DNA from: Candidatus Krumholzibacteriota bacterium
Lineage (GTDB): Bacteria; Krumholzibacteriota; Krumholzibacteriia; JAJRXK01
DNA length: 64,000 bases
NCBI GenBank assembly: GCA_963764625.1
Contig: CAVXTH010000006.1
Location: 224,001 to 288,000, forward strand
Direction of reading: 5' to 3'
The notes under the pieces are model-generated. The model had not been told where the DNA came from and did no database searches. It was given only the letters and a program-made list of their open reading frames with translations. Shown piece by piece: positions 1 to 12,276 of this stretch (the first letter of the stretch is position 1; each line of letters opens with the position of its first letter). The position numbers were made by a program, and so were the translations under genes.

Positions 1-57
1 GTTCCGGCCTGGCGCGGCGCCCGGCTCAACCCCATCGAAGCGCTGCGCTACGAGTAG
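1..57 (+). CDS. C-terminal end of ABC transporter permease (MacB/FtsX-like), truncated by window edge
   Basis: Frame 1 reads VPAWRGARLNPIEALRYE*, the typical MacB-family terminus, paralogous to the end of the next gene. Confidence 0.85.
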   Translation, partial: VPAWRGARLNPIEALRYE

Positions 58-65
58 GTGAATAG

Positions 66-1316
66 ATGAGTGGTTTCGATTCTCTTTCCATGTCCGTGGG
101 CGCCATCTTCAGCAACAAGCTGCGCTCCATCCTCACTCTGGTGGGCATCGTGGCTGGAGTGGCCTCGATCATCGCGGTGATGACCGCTATCTCGGTAGTG
201 CAGTCCACCATGGAGCAGGAGATGAGTGTCTTGGGCTCGCAGGTTTTTCAGGTGCAGAAGTGGCCGGCTGGTGGATTCCACAGCGCCGAGGAACGGCGCA
301 AGGCAATGCGTCGTCCTCCCCTGACGATCGAAGACGCGCAGTTGATAAGGGACAGAGTTCCCACTGCCGATATCGTCGGAGCCGAGCTGTGGTCCTTCGG
401 CTATACCGTGGAGTACAAGGGCGAGTCGACGAACCCGAACATCACTATCTGCGGCGGGACTCCCGAGTATTCGGCCAACAACACCCACTACGTGGGCTTG
501 GGACGAAACATCTCCCAGATGGACGTACGAAGCGCGCGACATGTGGCCGTGATCGGGAAGGCCATCGCCGGCAAGCTCTTTCCCTTCACCGACCCCCTTG
601 ACAAGATCATCCGGCTCGACGGTCGCAAGTACCAAGTGATCGGGGTATTTGACGTGAAGAAGTCCGCGTTCCGGGGCGGGAGTTTCGAGAACTACGTCCT
701 CATTCCCATCACGTGCTTTCTCAAAACCTACGGCATGGTCGATCCGAACGGCTTCGACCGCTCAGTGAACATCACCATCCGCGCCAAGACGCCCGAAGTC
801 GTCGATGACACCATCGAGCAAACACGTCAGGTGCTGCGGCATGCGCGTGGGGTCAAGCCGAACGAAGAGGACAACTTCGATTTCTTCAACAGCAAGAGCC
901 TGATCACCCAATTCAACAACATGACCAAAGGGATCAAGCTAGCCGCGTTCGTGGTGGGGATCATCGCCCTGGTGGTGGCGGGCATCGGGATCATGAACAT
1001 CATGCTCGTCTCGGTGACCGAACGCACCAAGGAGATCGGAATCCGCAAATCGATCGGCGCCAAGCCCTCGAACATCCTGGTACAGTTCCTCCTGGAGGCG
1101 GTGATCCTGTGCAACCTCGGGGGGCTGGTGGGAGTCGCGATCGGATTCGGGCTGGGGAACGTGTTCACCCTGTTCACCGCCTTCGAGGTCAACGTCCCTC
1201 TGCAGTGGACTTTCATCGGGCTTGGATTTTGTTCGGCGGTGGGGATCGGCTTCGGCCTTCTGCCTGCGATCAAGGCGTCTCGTCTGAACCCCATCGACGC
1301 GCTGCGTTACGAGTAG
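66..1316 (+). CDS. ABC transporter permease, MacB/FtsX family
   Basis: NKLRSILTLVGI, GIGIMNIMLVSVTERTKEIGIRKSIGA and LNPIDALRYE motifs. Confidence 0.93.
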   Translation: MSGFDSLSMSVGAIFSNKLRSILTLVGIVAGVASIIAVMTAISVVQSTMEQEMSVLGSQVFQVQKWPAGGFHSAEERRKAMRRPPLTIEDAQLIRDRVPTADIVGAELWSFGYTVEYKGESTNPNITICGGTPEYSANNTHYVGLGRNISQMDVRSARHVAVIGKAIAGKLFPFTDPLDKIIRLDGRKYQVIGVFDVKKSAFRGGSFENYVLIPITCFLKTYGMVDPNGFDRSVNITIRAKTPEVVDDTIEQTRQVLRHARGVKPNEEDNFDFFNSKSLITQFNNMTKGIKLAAFVVGIIALVVAGIGIMNIMLVSVTERTKEIGIRKSIGAKPSNILVQFLLEAVILCNLGGLVGVAIGFGLGNVFTLFTAFEVNVPLQWTFIGLGFCSAVGIGFGLLPAIKASRLNPIDALRYE

Positions 1317-1393
1317 TCGCCGCCCGGAACCGCGAACGGCATGCGCCCAAGAAGGTTTTGATTCCGCCCCCCACCTTGGGCTAGAGTACGCTC

Positions 1394-3208
1394 ATGAGAT
1401 CCATCCTGCCTTCCTTTCTGCTGGTGCTTCTGATCGGGTCGCTGCTGGTGCAACCGGATGTGGCCCGAGCGGAGAAGTCCTACCGCGTCGACAGCCTGGT
1501 GATCGAGGCAAGCGCTCAAGCCGACGGGTCCCTGAAGGTGGTCGAAGAGCGCGCGTTTCGTTTTCGCGGCCGGTACAAGTACGCCTACCGCACCTTCTCT
1601 CGATCGGACGGCGTCGACTATTCAGGGTTCGTCGTCAGTGAAAACGGCAGACCCTACGCTCGGAACGACTCGCAGGCGCCCGGCACTTACAGGATCAGCG
1701 AGAACGGTGGCGTGATCGAGGTGCGCTGGTTCTTCAAGGCGAGCAATGAGACGCGCACCTTCACCATTTCCTACCAGGTGGAGAATCTCATCCGCCGTCA
1801 CCCCGACGCCGCAGTGCTGCACTACCAGTTTGTGGGTTCGGGGTTCGCAGTGGCGAGCTCGAACGTGAGCTTGAGCGTGCATCCGCCTCAAGAGCTCGCT
1901 TCCGCGCAGGTCCATCAGTGGTTGCACGGTCCCCTGTGGGCCGAGTCGGTGACCAACTCCGGTGGTGTGATCAAGGCCTGGTGTGACCGCCTCCCGGCCC
2001 ATCAATTCCTCGAACTGCGCGTCCTCTATCCACCGGACGCATTTCCGGACGCGCCGGCGGCGTCAGAACCGATCGTCGAGCGGGTCATGGAGGAAGAGGC
2101 AGTTCTGGCGAAAGCAGCCAACCAGCGGAGAATCGAGGCCCGGGCAAGAGCGGAGCGGCGCGCTGAGAGAATGAAGTTGGGTCGTGCCGTGACGCCGGTC
2201 TTGGGTCTTCTGGGAGTGTTTGCCTGGGTGCTCGTCTTCCTGCGCTACGGACGCAGAGCGGAAACTCCGACCAGGTCCAATCGTTCGGGAGAGATCCCGT
2301 CGGATCTGCCGCCGGCCCTGACCCAGTATCTGGTCGCGAACCGGATGGTCAATGCCAACGGCCTGGTGGCCACCTTTTTGGATCTGGCCAGCCGTGGATT
2401 TGTGGAGTTTCACGAAGATTCCGAGCTTCGAACCTACATCTTGGGCATCTCGAGGACGGTGAACAAGCACTACTGGGTTCTGCTGAGAAAGCACTATGAG
2501 AGCCATCGTTCCGATCTTCTTCCCTTCGAAACCATGCTGATCAGCTTCGTATTCGATGACCTCGCCAGCGGAGACCGCGCCCCAATGGACCTCTTCCGGA
2601 AGAACCGAACCAAGTGCCGCCGGTTTTTCGGCAAATGGAAGAAGGCGGTGGAGGAGGAAGGCCAGCGGCGCGGCTTCTATGCTGCCGAGAGTTACACGGG
2701 TCGTAACATCGGCATGATGGTTGGAGGACTTCTGATTGCCGTGGCGATTCCCCTGGGCTTCGTCTTTTTCGAGTGGGCCCTCGTGCCGGGCATTCTGGGC
2801 TTGGTGCTCTTTGTTTTGTCGCTTGCCATCGTGCATCATACGCGCCAGGGAGCCATCGAGGCCGCGCGTTGGAAGAGCCTGAAGAATTACCTGAAAGACC
2901 TTGGGTCGAAGCATGCGAGCTACCTCGACAGCGTCGAGCGGTATCTCGTCTACGGCGTGGCTTTGGGAGTGGGCAAGAAGGCCTTGACTGATCTGGGTGA
3001 CGCGATCCCTGTCGGTCAGCACCAGGGTTATGTTCCTTGGTACTATGTCCAAGGGGGGCACGGTGGAACCTTCGGCGCGTCCTTCGGCGCAGCCTTCAGC
3101 GCATCAGTGGCGACCGTGAGCTCCAGCATGTCGAGCGCGACCGGAGCGGGGGGAGGCGCGTCCGGCGGTGGTGGTGGCGCGGGTGGCGGCGGTGGCGGCG
3201 CCGGTTGA
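1394..3208 (+). CDS. DUF2207-family membrane protein
   Basis: Signal peptide, N-terminal beta domain, TM helices, ATFLDLASRG, YLVYGVALG and Gly/Ser-rich tail. Confidence 0.88.
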   Translation: MRSILPSFLLVLLIGSLLVQPDVARAEKSYRVDSLVIEASAQADGSLKVVEERAFRFRGRYKYAYRTFSRSDGVDYSGFVVSENGRPYARNDSQAPGTYRISENGGVIEVRWFFKASNETRTFTISYQVENLIRRHPDAAVLHYQFVGSGFAVASSNVSLSVHPPQELASAQVHQWLHGPLWAESVTNSGGVIKAWCDRLPAHQFLELRVLYPPDAFPDAPAASEPIVERVMEEEAVLAKAANQRRIEARARAERRAERMKLGRAVTPVLGLLGVFAWVLVFLRYGRRAETPTRSNRSGEIPSDLPPALTQYLVANRMVNANGLVATFLDLASRGFVEFHEDSELRTYILGISRTVNKHYWVLLRKHYESHRSDLLPFETMLISFVFDDLASGDRAPMDLFRKNRTKCRRFFGKWKKAVEEEGQRRGFYAAESYTGRNIGMMVGGLLIAVAIPLGFVFFEWALVPGILGLVLFVLSLAIVHHTRQGAIEAARWKSLKNYLKDLGSKHASYLDSVERYLVYGVALGVGKKALTDLGDAIPVGQHQGYVPWYYVQGGHGGTFGASFGAAFSASVATVSSSMSSATGAGGGASGGGGGAGGGGGGAG

Positions 3209-3499
3209 CAACCTGGTCCCCCATCCTCTAGCATCCTCAGTTACGACCCACGACCAGCGGTTTGGGCTCCCGCAAATCGGCTTGTGCATCCAATGGTTCG
3301 CATCATCTCGGAGGAGTCAGCCAGTGTTGCGCCGACGTGGTTTCCCCCTACGCGATCTTGTCGCTGAGATTCCTGATGCTCGCCTGAACCTGCCCTCCTC
3401 CCGTAGCTCAATCGATCACGCCATTCAACCCGCGAGACTTCGCGTCCTCTCGGAGCGCCTACGGCGCACCGAGGCGCCTCGCCAAGGAGCGTTTTGCCC

Positions 3500-4051
3500 A
3501 TGGTTCGTCCACTTCATTCGTTGAGATCGTTCGCTCTTGTCCCTTTGCTCCTTTCCTTTGTGATCGTCGGCCAGGCGCGTGCGCAGGAACTGAGCTTCGT
3601 GCCCACTCCGGTGGGAGGAGTATTCGTCTGTCCCAACCCGATCGTCGTCGATCTCACCATTGACCCCGCGGTCGCCGATCTCCGCGGGTTCTCGATCACC
3701 CTGAGCTACGATCCGGCCGTACTCAACCCTCTCTCCGTGACGGCCGGACCGCTGGTGGCCTCGGCGTCGTGTGGCAATACCGTGTACTGGATCGATCCCG
3801 CCACCAACGACGGGAGTCTGGAAGTCGATCTGGCTCTGCTCGGGTGTTCTGTCGACGGACCGGGGTCGGTTCTGACCATCCAATTCGAGGGCGTCGGGGA
3901 CGGGACGACCACCCTCCAGTGTTCTAACAGCATCTTTCGGGACAGCGTCAACGCAGAGATTCCCGTGAGTTGTGTGCCCGTCGACATCAGCTACAGCTGT
4001 CCAGTGCCCACCGCTCTGCGTTCTTGGGGCACCCTCAAGGCCACCTACTGA
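3500..4051 (+). CDS. Secreted single cohesin-domain protein with C-terminal SWGTLKATY tail
   Basis: Signal peptide ending ARA/Q; cohesin-like DLRGFSITLSYDPAVL...GPGSVLTIQF; tail PVPTALRSWGTLKATY. Confidence 0.75.
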   Translation: MVRPLHSLRSFALVPLLLSFVIVGQARAQELSFVPTPVGGVFVCPNPIVVDLTIDPAVADLRGFSITLSYDPAVLNPLSVTAGPLVASASCGNTVYWIDPATNDGSLEVDLALLGCSVDGPGSVLTIQFEGVGDGTTTLQCSNSIFRDSVNAEIPVSCVPVDISYSCPVPTALRSWGTLKATY

Positions 4052-4091
4052 GTTCTTTGCACGCGGATCGACGATTCAAAAGAGGTAAATC

Positions 4092-7000
4092 ATGTCTCGC
4101 GCCCGATACTGTCAAACCATCCTTTCTCTTCTCGTTCTGGTTTTTTTCTCTGCCGGATCGGCTAGGGCCCAGAACGCGATCGTCACCGAGAACGCCCTGC
4201 CGGGCAATCCCCCCAGCGAGTGGGACGTGAGCGGCGCCGGGGACCAGAGTATTCAGGGCTTCGCCACCGACATCAGTGTCGACCAGGGCGGGACCATCGA
4301 GTTCAAGATCAGAACCGATGCCACGAGCTATCGCATCGACATCTACCGGCTCGGGTACTACGGAGGCGACGGGGCGCGCAAGGTCGCGACGGTGTTTCCT
4401 TCGGCCACTTTGCCTCAGAGCCAGCCCGCCTGTGTCTCCGATGCCGCCACTGGCTGTCTCGACTGCGGAAACTGGGATACCTCGGCGTCGTGGGCCGTTC
4501 CCACCGATGCGACCTCGGGGATTTACCTGGCAAAACTGGTGCGCTACCGATCCCGAGGATGGGCGAGCCAGCCACATCGTCTTCATCGTGCGCGACGACG
4601 ACGGCGGCAGCGATCTTCTCTTCCAGACCTCCGACACCACATGGCAGGCCTACAACCGTTAGGGGCGAGAGCGTACGACCGGAGGCTACAGCATCTACGA
4701 GGGTCCCACCGGCAAGGCCGACAAGATCAGCTACAACCGGCCCTTCGGCACCCGCGCCTATCCCACCGAAGACTGGCTCTTCAACGCCGAGTACCCGATG
4801 GTGCGCTGGCTCGAGCGCAACGGCTTCGACGTGAGCTACTCCACCGACGTGGACACTGATCGCCGTGGAGCCGAAATCCTGGAACACCAGGTATTCATGT
4901 CGGTTGGCCACGACGAATACTGGTCGCGCGCTGCGCGGGAAAACGTCACGGCCGCGCGGGATGCCGGAGTCAACCTGGCTTTCTTCAGCGGGAACGAGAT
5001 CTACTGGAAGATTCGCTGGGAAGACAGCATCGACGGCAACGGTACGCCGATGCGAACCCTGGTGTGCTACAAGGAAGGCGACCTCGGCGAGAACCAGTGC
5101 TTCGCCAAGTGCGATCCGGTGGCTGACGTGTGGACGGGATTGTGGCGCTCCGGTTGCGCCTACACGCCGCCGGCCGACGGCTGCGAGCCGGAGAACGCCC
5201 TCTCGGGACAGATCAGCTGGCTGGGCACCACGGGCTCCATCACTGTACCCAGCACCTACAGGGATCTACCCCTGTGGCGCAACACCTCCATCGCCACCCT
5301 GGGGCCCGAGGAGACCGCTACGCTTCCCAGTGGGACCCTGGGCTACGAGTGGGACTTCGAGCAGTACGAGGACTCCTATCCAGCGGGCCGGATTCGTATG
5401 TCCGAGACCCACCAGGATGGTGAGACCCATCACCTTTCCGTGTACCGTCACAGCAGCGGCGCTCTGGTCTTCGGGGCCGGCACCGTGCAGTGGTCATGGG
5501 GTCTCGACGCGAATCACGATCGTTCGGGGGGCGCAGAGGATGCGCGGATGCAGCAGGCCACGGTCAATGTGCTGGCCGACATGGGTGTGCAGCCGGCGAC
5601 CCTGCAGACGGGTTTGGTGGCGGCAACTCCTCTTTCGGATTCCACCGCGCCGCTCTCGGTGATCGCATTTCCCGCCGACGGCTCGTCGGTGGAAATCGGT
5701 ACCCCGGCTACCATCGCGGGAAGCGCTTCGGATACCGGAGGAGGAGCGGTCGCGCTGGTCGAGCTCTCCTTCGACGGGGGAGCGACCTGGCAGACGGCCC
5801 AGGGGCTTGCGAACTGGAGCTATCAGTGGACTCCCACCAGTTACCGGGCCGGTCGCCATCATGAGCCGGGCGATGGATGGAGCCTTCAACACCGAAACTC
5901 CCGGAGCGGGAATCAGCCTTACGGTCGATCCGCACGTCTGCCCCTGCACCCTCTGGAGTGACGCCGTCATTCCGGGAACCATCGATAGCGGCGATGCCGC
6001 AGCCGTCGAACTGGGGATGAAATTCCAGACCGAGGAGAATGGCTACATCACCGCCATTCGCTTCTACAAGGCCGCGACGAACACTGGCGTTCACGTGGGA
6101 AATCTGTGGGCCAGCGATGGCACCTTGCTGGGTAGCGCGACCTTCTCGGCCGAGTCCGCCTCCGGCTGGCAGGAGGAGCCCCTCAATCCGCCGGTGGCCG
6201 TCACCGCCAACTCCACCTACGTCGTCTCGTACCACACGAATACGGGTTACTACTCGGTCGATACCGAATACTTCGCCAGCACCGGTCTGAGCAATCCTCC
6301 TCTACGGGCCCTGGCCGAGGGAGAGGACGGGAGCAACGGAGTCTACAAGTACGGTGCCACCAGTGCCTTCCCGACCGACACCTTCAACTCGTCCAACTAC
6401 TGGGTGGACGTGCGCTTCAACACCAGCGCGGTCGACGATCAAGCGCCCTACGTGACGATTCACAGCCCCGCCACCGGCGCCTTGGGAGTTGCGGTGGAAA
6501 GCAACGTCACCGCGACCTTCAACGAATCGGTCGATCCGTTGAGCGTGGTTTTCGAGTTGCGCGACGCGGGCAACAGCCTGGTCGCTACGAACTTCAGCTA
6601 CGACGGTCCGTCCCGGACCGCGATCCTCGACCCCGTGGTCGACCTGGATCATTCCGCCCAGTACACCGCCACTCTGAGCGACGCGACCGACCTGGCCGCC
6701 AACTCGCTGACCGCACTGGTGAGCTGGTCGTTCACCACCGAGGACGTGCCGCCACCGCCTCCTGACGAGGGTCCGGGCGGGCCGATCCTGGTCATCGGCG
6801 AGGCCGGTAGTCCCTTCACGCGCTACCCGGCGGAGATTCTCCGCACGGAGGGCTTCAACGCCTTCACGGTGACCGACATCAGCCTGGTCGACGCGAGCGT
6901 CTTGACCAACTACGACGTGGTGATCCTGGGCGAGATGGCGCTTTCCGCTGGTCAGGTCACCATGTTCAGTGACTGGGTGACCGCGGGCGGCAATCTGATC

Positions 7001-10000
7001 GCACTGCGGCCGGACAAGCAACTGGCTTCACTGCTGGGATTGAGCGATGCGGCCAGCACTTTGGCCGAAGGCTATCTGTTGGTGGACACCGCCTCGAGTC
7101 CGGGTGCGGGCATCGTCGGCGAGACCATCCAGTACCACAGCAGCGCCGATCTCTATGATCTCGCGGGGGCCACCGCCGTCGCCACCCTGTATTCCGACGC
7201 GACGACGGTCACGACCCATCCGGCCGTCACCCTGGTCAGCGTGGGGAGTAATGGGGGACAGGCGGCCGCCTTCACCTACGACCTGGCGCGCTCGGTGGTC
7301 TACACTCGGCAGGGTAATCCCGCCTGGGCCGGACAGGAACGCGACGGCACAACGCCCATCCGTTCGGACGATCTCTTCTTCGGAGATGCCGCCGGCGATC
7401 CGCAGCCGGATTGGATCGACCTGAACAAGGTAGCCATTCCGCAGGCCGACGAGCAGCAGCGCTTGCTCGCCAATCTCATTCTCAGCATGAATTCCGATCG
7501 TGAGCCTCTGCCTCGTTTCTGGTACTTCCCCCGGGGCTTGCGCGCGGTGGTGGTGATGACGGGTGACGACCACGGCCCGGGCAGCAACTCGGTGGGCCGC
7601 TTCGACATCTACAAATCGAGTGATCCGGTGGGTTGTTCGGTGGCCGATTGGGAATGCGTGCGCGCGAGTACCTATCTCTATCCCGGGACGGGAGGAATGA
7701 CCGACGCGCAAGCGGTCTACTACCAATCTCTGGGATTTGAGATCGGGGTGCATGTCACGACGTCCTGTGGGGACTGGACCGAATCCTCGCTGGCTTCGGA
7801 TTACACCACGCAGCTCGGCGACTTCTACACTCTGTTCCCCAGCATGCCCACGCCTGATTCGGAGCGGACGCACTGCATCGCCTGGAGCGAGTGGGCCACC
7901 CAACCCAAGATCGAACTTGCGAACGGAATTCGATTGGACACCAACTACTACTACTGGCCCGGGAGCTGGCTGCAGGATCGGCCCGGCATGTTCACCGGTT
8001 CGGGGATGCCCATGCGCTTCGCCGATCTTGACGGTACGATGATCGACGTCTACCAAGCGGTGACGCAGATGACGGACGAGTCGGATCAGAGCTTCCCCTA
8101 CACCATCGACACGCTCCTTGATCACGCCCAGGGCCCCGAGGGGTATTTCGGGGCTTTCACCGCCAACATGCACAACGACAGCGTTACCCACGCCTCCGCG
8201 TCGGCCATCGTCGCGTCCGCCCAGGCGCGCGGCGTGCCGGTGATCTCCGGACGTCAGATGCTCACCTGGCTCGACGCGCGCAACGGCTCGTCGTTCTCCA
8301 ACCTGGTGTGGTCCTCGAACACCCTGAGCTTCGATGTCGCGCGCTCGGCCTCGGCCCTGAATCTGGAAGGCATGCTTCCTGTCCAGGTGGGAGCCGCGAC
8401 CCTGCAGAGCCTCACTGGGGGTCTCGGCTCGGTCTGGGATCGCACCGAGACGATCAAGGGTGTCCAGTACGCGATCTTTCCCGCCGAGAGCGGCAGTTAC
8501 GTGGCGACCTACGAGGTGGACACGACGCCGCCGGTGATCAGCAATGTGAACGCAGCTCCCGCCATCGACGGCACCGCGGTGATCAGCTGGGATACCGACG
8601 AGGCGGCCACCTCCGTGGTAAATTACGGCACCGATGCGGGAAATCTGAATCTGAGCGTGTCCGACCCCGCGCTCGTGAGCAGCCACGGTCTTACTCTGAC
8701 CAGTCTGGCATCCGCCACGACCTACTACTACCGGGTGAGTTCCGCCGATGCGGGAGCGCTCGTCAGCACCGAGCCCCCCACAGGCAATTCTCCCCTGAGT
8801 TTCCTCACTCCGGTGGGCCCGTGCCTGAGCGACGCCACGGTGGCCGACTTCGCGGCCGGGACGCCCGATGCGGCGATCCACATTTCGCAGGTGAGCGACG
8901 GTGAACTCACCCTCGCACCGACCGAGGTAGCGGAGTTCGACGGAAGCAGCGTGCCGACCGGCTGGAACAGCGGGCTGTGGGATCCCTCCGGCGGCGCGAC
9001 GGTGGCCGGTGGACTGCTTTCGCTCGACGCGGCCTATGCCGGGACCGATGCGGTCTACGGTCCAGATCGTGCGGTGGAGTTCGTCGGAACCTTCCAGAAC
9101 GTCGGGGGTCAGCATTGCGGTTTCGGGATCACTCTCAACGAAACCAACTGGGCCATCTTCAGCACGGGCCTAAACGGGGGAACCCTCCTTGCGCGCGTGG
9201 CAGACGGCGGCACCCTCATCGATTTCGACCTGGGTTCCTCCACTCTGGGGAGCGCCCATCTCTATCGCATCGAATGGGCGGCCTCGGAAGTGCGGTTCTT
9301 CATCGACGGCGCTCTGGTCCACACCGAGTTCATCGCGCTCAGCACTTCCATGCGTCCTCTGGCCAGCGACCTCAATCTGGGGGGACCGGATCTTGTGATC
9401 GACTGGATGCGCATGACACCGTACGTCTCTGCTGGAAGCTTCACCTCGCGGGTCTACGACGCGGGGACGGCGGCCAACTGGGGCGTGATCAACTGGAACT
9501 CCGACTCTCCACCCAACACCAGCGTTGCCATGGCGGTGCGCATCGGCAACACCGCGACTCCGGATGGCACTTGGTCGCCCTTCGGTGTCATCGCCAATCC
9601 GGGTGATCTGGTGGGGGGCAACAGCCGCTACCTCCAGTACCGCATCGATTTGGCTACCGGTGATCCTCTGGTCACCCCCGCGGTGGAAGACGTGGCGGTC
9701 GACTGCGCGCCGGGACCGGATGTCGATCCCCCGGTGATCCTCAACGTGGTGGCCACGCCATCGGTCGATGGGACCGCCGCCACCGTGACCTGGACGACCC
9801 TCGAGGCGGCGGATTCACGGGTGGACTTCGACACCGCTTCGTCTCCCTTGACCCAGCAGCAGAGCGATGCAGCGCTGGTGTTCAACCACTCCATCGATCT
9901 TTTGGGCCTGACTCCCGGGCAGACCTATTACTTCCGGGTGAGCTCGGCCGACGCCGCGAGCAACAGCGCCACCGAACCGATTCTCGCGAACCCTCCGCTG

Positions 10001-12268
10001 AGCTTCACCACTCCGGCGCCCTCGTGCGCGATGGTGAGTACGAGCAGCGAGTTCGGGGCGGGAACTGCGGACGCGGGGGTGACGGTGGCCGAGATCGGTG
10101 ACGGGGCCCTGATTCTGACTCCGGCCGAGGGCTCGGACTTTTCCGGTACGGCTCTGCCTTCGGGATGGCAGAGCACGCCTTGGGTCGCCGGCGGCGGAGG
10201 GGTGGTGAGCGGAGGCGCTCTCTTGGTGGACGGATCTCTGGTGGGGACCGACGCGGTCTACTCCGCGGGGCGGGTCCTGGAGTTCAGGGCCACCTTCGGC
10301 CCCGAGGCCTTCCAGCACGTGGGCTTTGCGGTCGACTTTGATACCGTGAACAGCTGGGCCATGTTCTCGACTTCGAACCAGACCACCGATCTCTACGCGC
10401 GCACGTCCCCCGGTGGAGCGGACATCAATCTGGGGAGCGGGTTCGTGGGCAGTTCGCATCTCTATCGCATCGAATGGAACGCTAGCAGCGTCCTCTTTTC
10501 CATCGATGGAGCGCTGGTCAACACCCAGAACGTGAGTATCGCCACCGACATGCGACCGGTTGCTAGCGACGTGCACTACAACGACGGCAACCTGATCACG
10601 ATCGATTGGCTGCGCATGACTCCCTACGCCTCCTCAGGCACCTGGGAATCGGAGATTCACGATACCGGCCAGTTGAACTCCACCTGGCATACTCTGAGTT
10701 GGACACAGGACGTGCCGGCCGGATCCTCGCTCGTGGTGAGCGCCCGGGGTGGCGATACGCCCACTCCCGACGGGAGCTGGACCAGCTACACGCCGGTGGC
10801 ATCCTCGGGAACCGACCTCGCACTGAATGCGCAGTACCTGCAGCTACGGGTCCAACTCTTTAGCCTCGACGGTACGGTTACGCCGGTCTTCGAGGACTAC
10901 TCGGTCACCTGCACCGGATGTCTGGACAACACACCGCCCGATGCCCTGACCGACTTGGCGGCCTCGCAGGTGAAGACGGGCAATCCGGCGGGTCAGCTCA
11001 CCCAGATCACCGCGAGTTGGAGCGGAAGCGAACCCGGTTCGACGGTGGAGGTGTTCCGCAAGAGCTTCGGCGACTATCCCGACTACGACGACGGACCCAC
11101 GCCGGGCGTCGCGCCCACGCCACCGGCTGATCCGGCCGCGGCGGTCAGCGAGGGCTGGAGTTCGGTCTACCAAGGCTCCGACCTCGAGTTCACCGAGCTG
11201 CCTCCGGCGCGCGATTTCTGGTACTACGTCGCCTTCGTCACCGACGCCTGCGACAATGTCTCGGCCGTTTCGAACATGACGGCCGGAACCCTGAGTTACT
11301 TCCTGGGCGACGTTTCGGACGGAGTGACCACGGGGACCGGAAACAACGACGTGGCCCTGGAGGACATCTCGTATCTGGGGGCGCACTACGGTGCGAACCG
11401 CGGCGAGGCTCTCTACGAATCGGACCTCGACGTGGGACCGACGAACACGAGTACGATCGATGGCCGGCCGCTCACCGATGGCCATCTGGGCTTCGAGGAT
11501 CTCATCCTGTTCGCGATCAACTTCGGGGTGGTCTCCAAGCAGGACATTACTTGGACTCCACCCACGACGGCCGGTGGCAACACTCTGGTGTGGCAGGCGC
11601 CGACCACTCTGCCCGGGGTGGGGGAGACCGTCGATCTTCCTCTGGTCATGGACGGCAACGGTACGGTGCTGGGTCTCAGTGCACAGCTGCAATGGGATCA
11701 GTCGGTGCTGGCCTTCCAGGGGTTCTACGCCGGTGATCTACTCTCCAAGCAGGAAGGTCCGAACATCCTCTTGCAGCCCGAGGAGGGCAGACTGGATCTG
11801 TCGCTCCTGGGGGTACGGGAACGGGGAATCAGCGGCCAGGGGACACTGGCTCACGCGAGCTTCAAGGTGCTCAAACCGGCCGAGCCAGGGTTTGCGACCG
11901 GCGAGGTCATGGCACGCGATCTGAACAACGCGAAAGTGGACGTGACGGTGGAACTGTCTCACGAGCAAACACCCCAGATCAGCAAGCCACTCGTGACGGC
12001 TCTGCACCCGAACTATCCCAACCCCTTCAATCCGAGCACCTCGATCGCATTCGATCTGGCCAGGACCGGACCGGTCTCGCTGAAGATCTACAGCGTGAGC
12101 GGCCGCCTGGTGAGAACCTTGGTCAACGAAGTTCGTACAGCAGGGAGTTTCGTCGAGGTGTGGAACGGCACCGATGCCTCAGGGCGTGGAGTCGCCTCGG
12201 GGAGTTACCTGGTGCGGCTTCAGACCCAGGAGGGTTCACAGATCCAGCGGATGATCTTGAGTAAGTAA
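4092..12268 (+). CDS. Giant secreted multidomain protein (about 2700 aa): dimethylformamidase-beta-like (DUF6605), Ig, DUF4082, Ig, deacetylase-like, two FN3/beta-sandwich units, dockerin-like, cohesin-like, FlgD-Ig. Interrupted near 4545, at 4660 (TAG) and near 5840
   Basis: ORFs 4092, 4276, 4798 and 5807 join into one domain series: ENALPG, FQTSDTTWQAYN, SVGHDEYWS, FGAGTVQWSWGL, VELGMKF...SNYWVDV, NYPNPFNPST. Confidence 0.8.
8519..10915 (+). repeat. Internal tandem duplication of about 400 aa within the giant protein
   Basis: PPVI..YYxRVSSADA..HLYRIEW..MRPxASD..IDWxRMTPY occurs twice; identical catctctatcgcatcgaatgg at 9257 and 10457 (offset 1200 nt). Confidence 0.85.
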
Positions 12269-12276
12269 GTCACCCC

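Noticed and set aside
3140-3205. GGN-rich low-complexity tract
   Set aside because: It encodes the normal poly-Gly tail of DUF2207 proteins
4660-4662. Genome-wide TAG recoding suggested by in-frame TAGs at 4660 and 20389
   Set aside because: TAG is the true stop of many genes here (57, 1316, 16318, 20200, 33233, 45940). The 4660 TAG lies in what looks like an 18-nt garbled insertion.
7028-9115. Long antisense and alternate-frame ORFs (also 13701-14885, 24203-26053, 41682-43046)
   Set aside because: Shadow ORFs expected at high GC; they overlap well-supported genes and have no recognisable motifs
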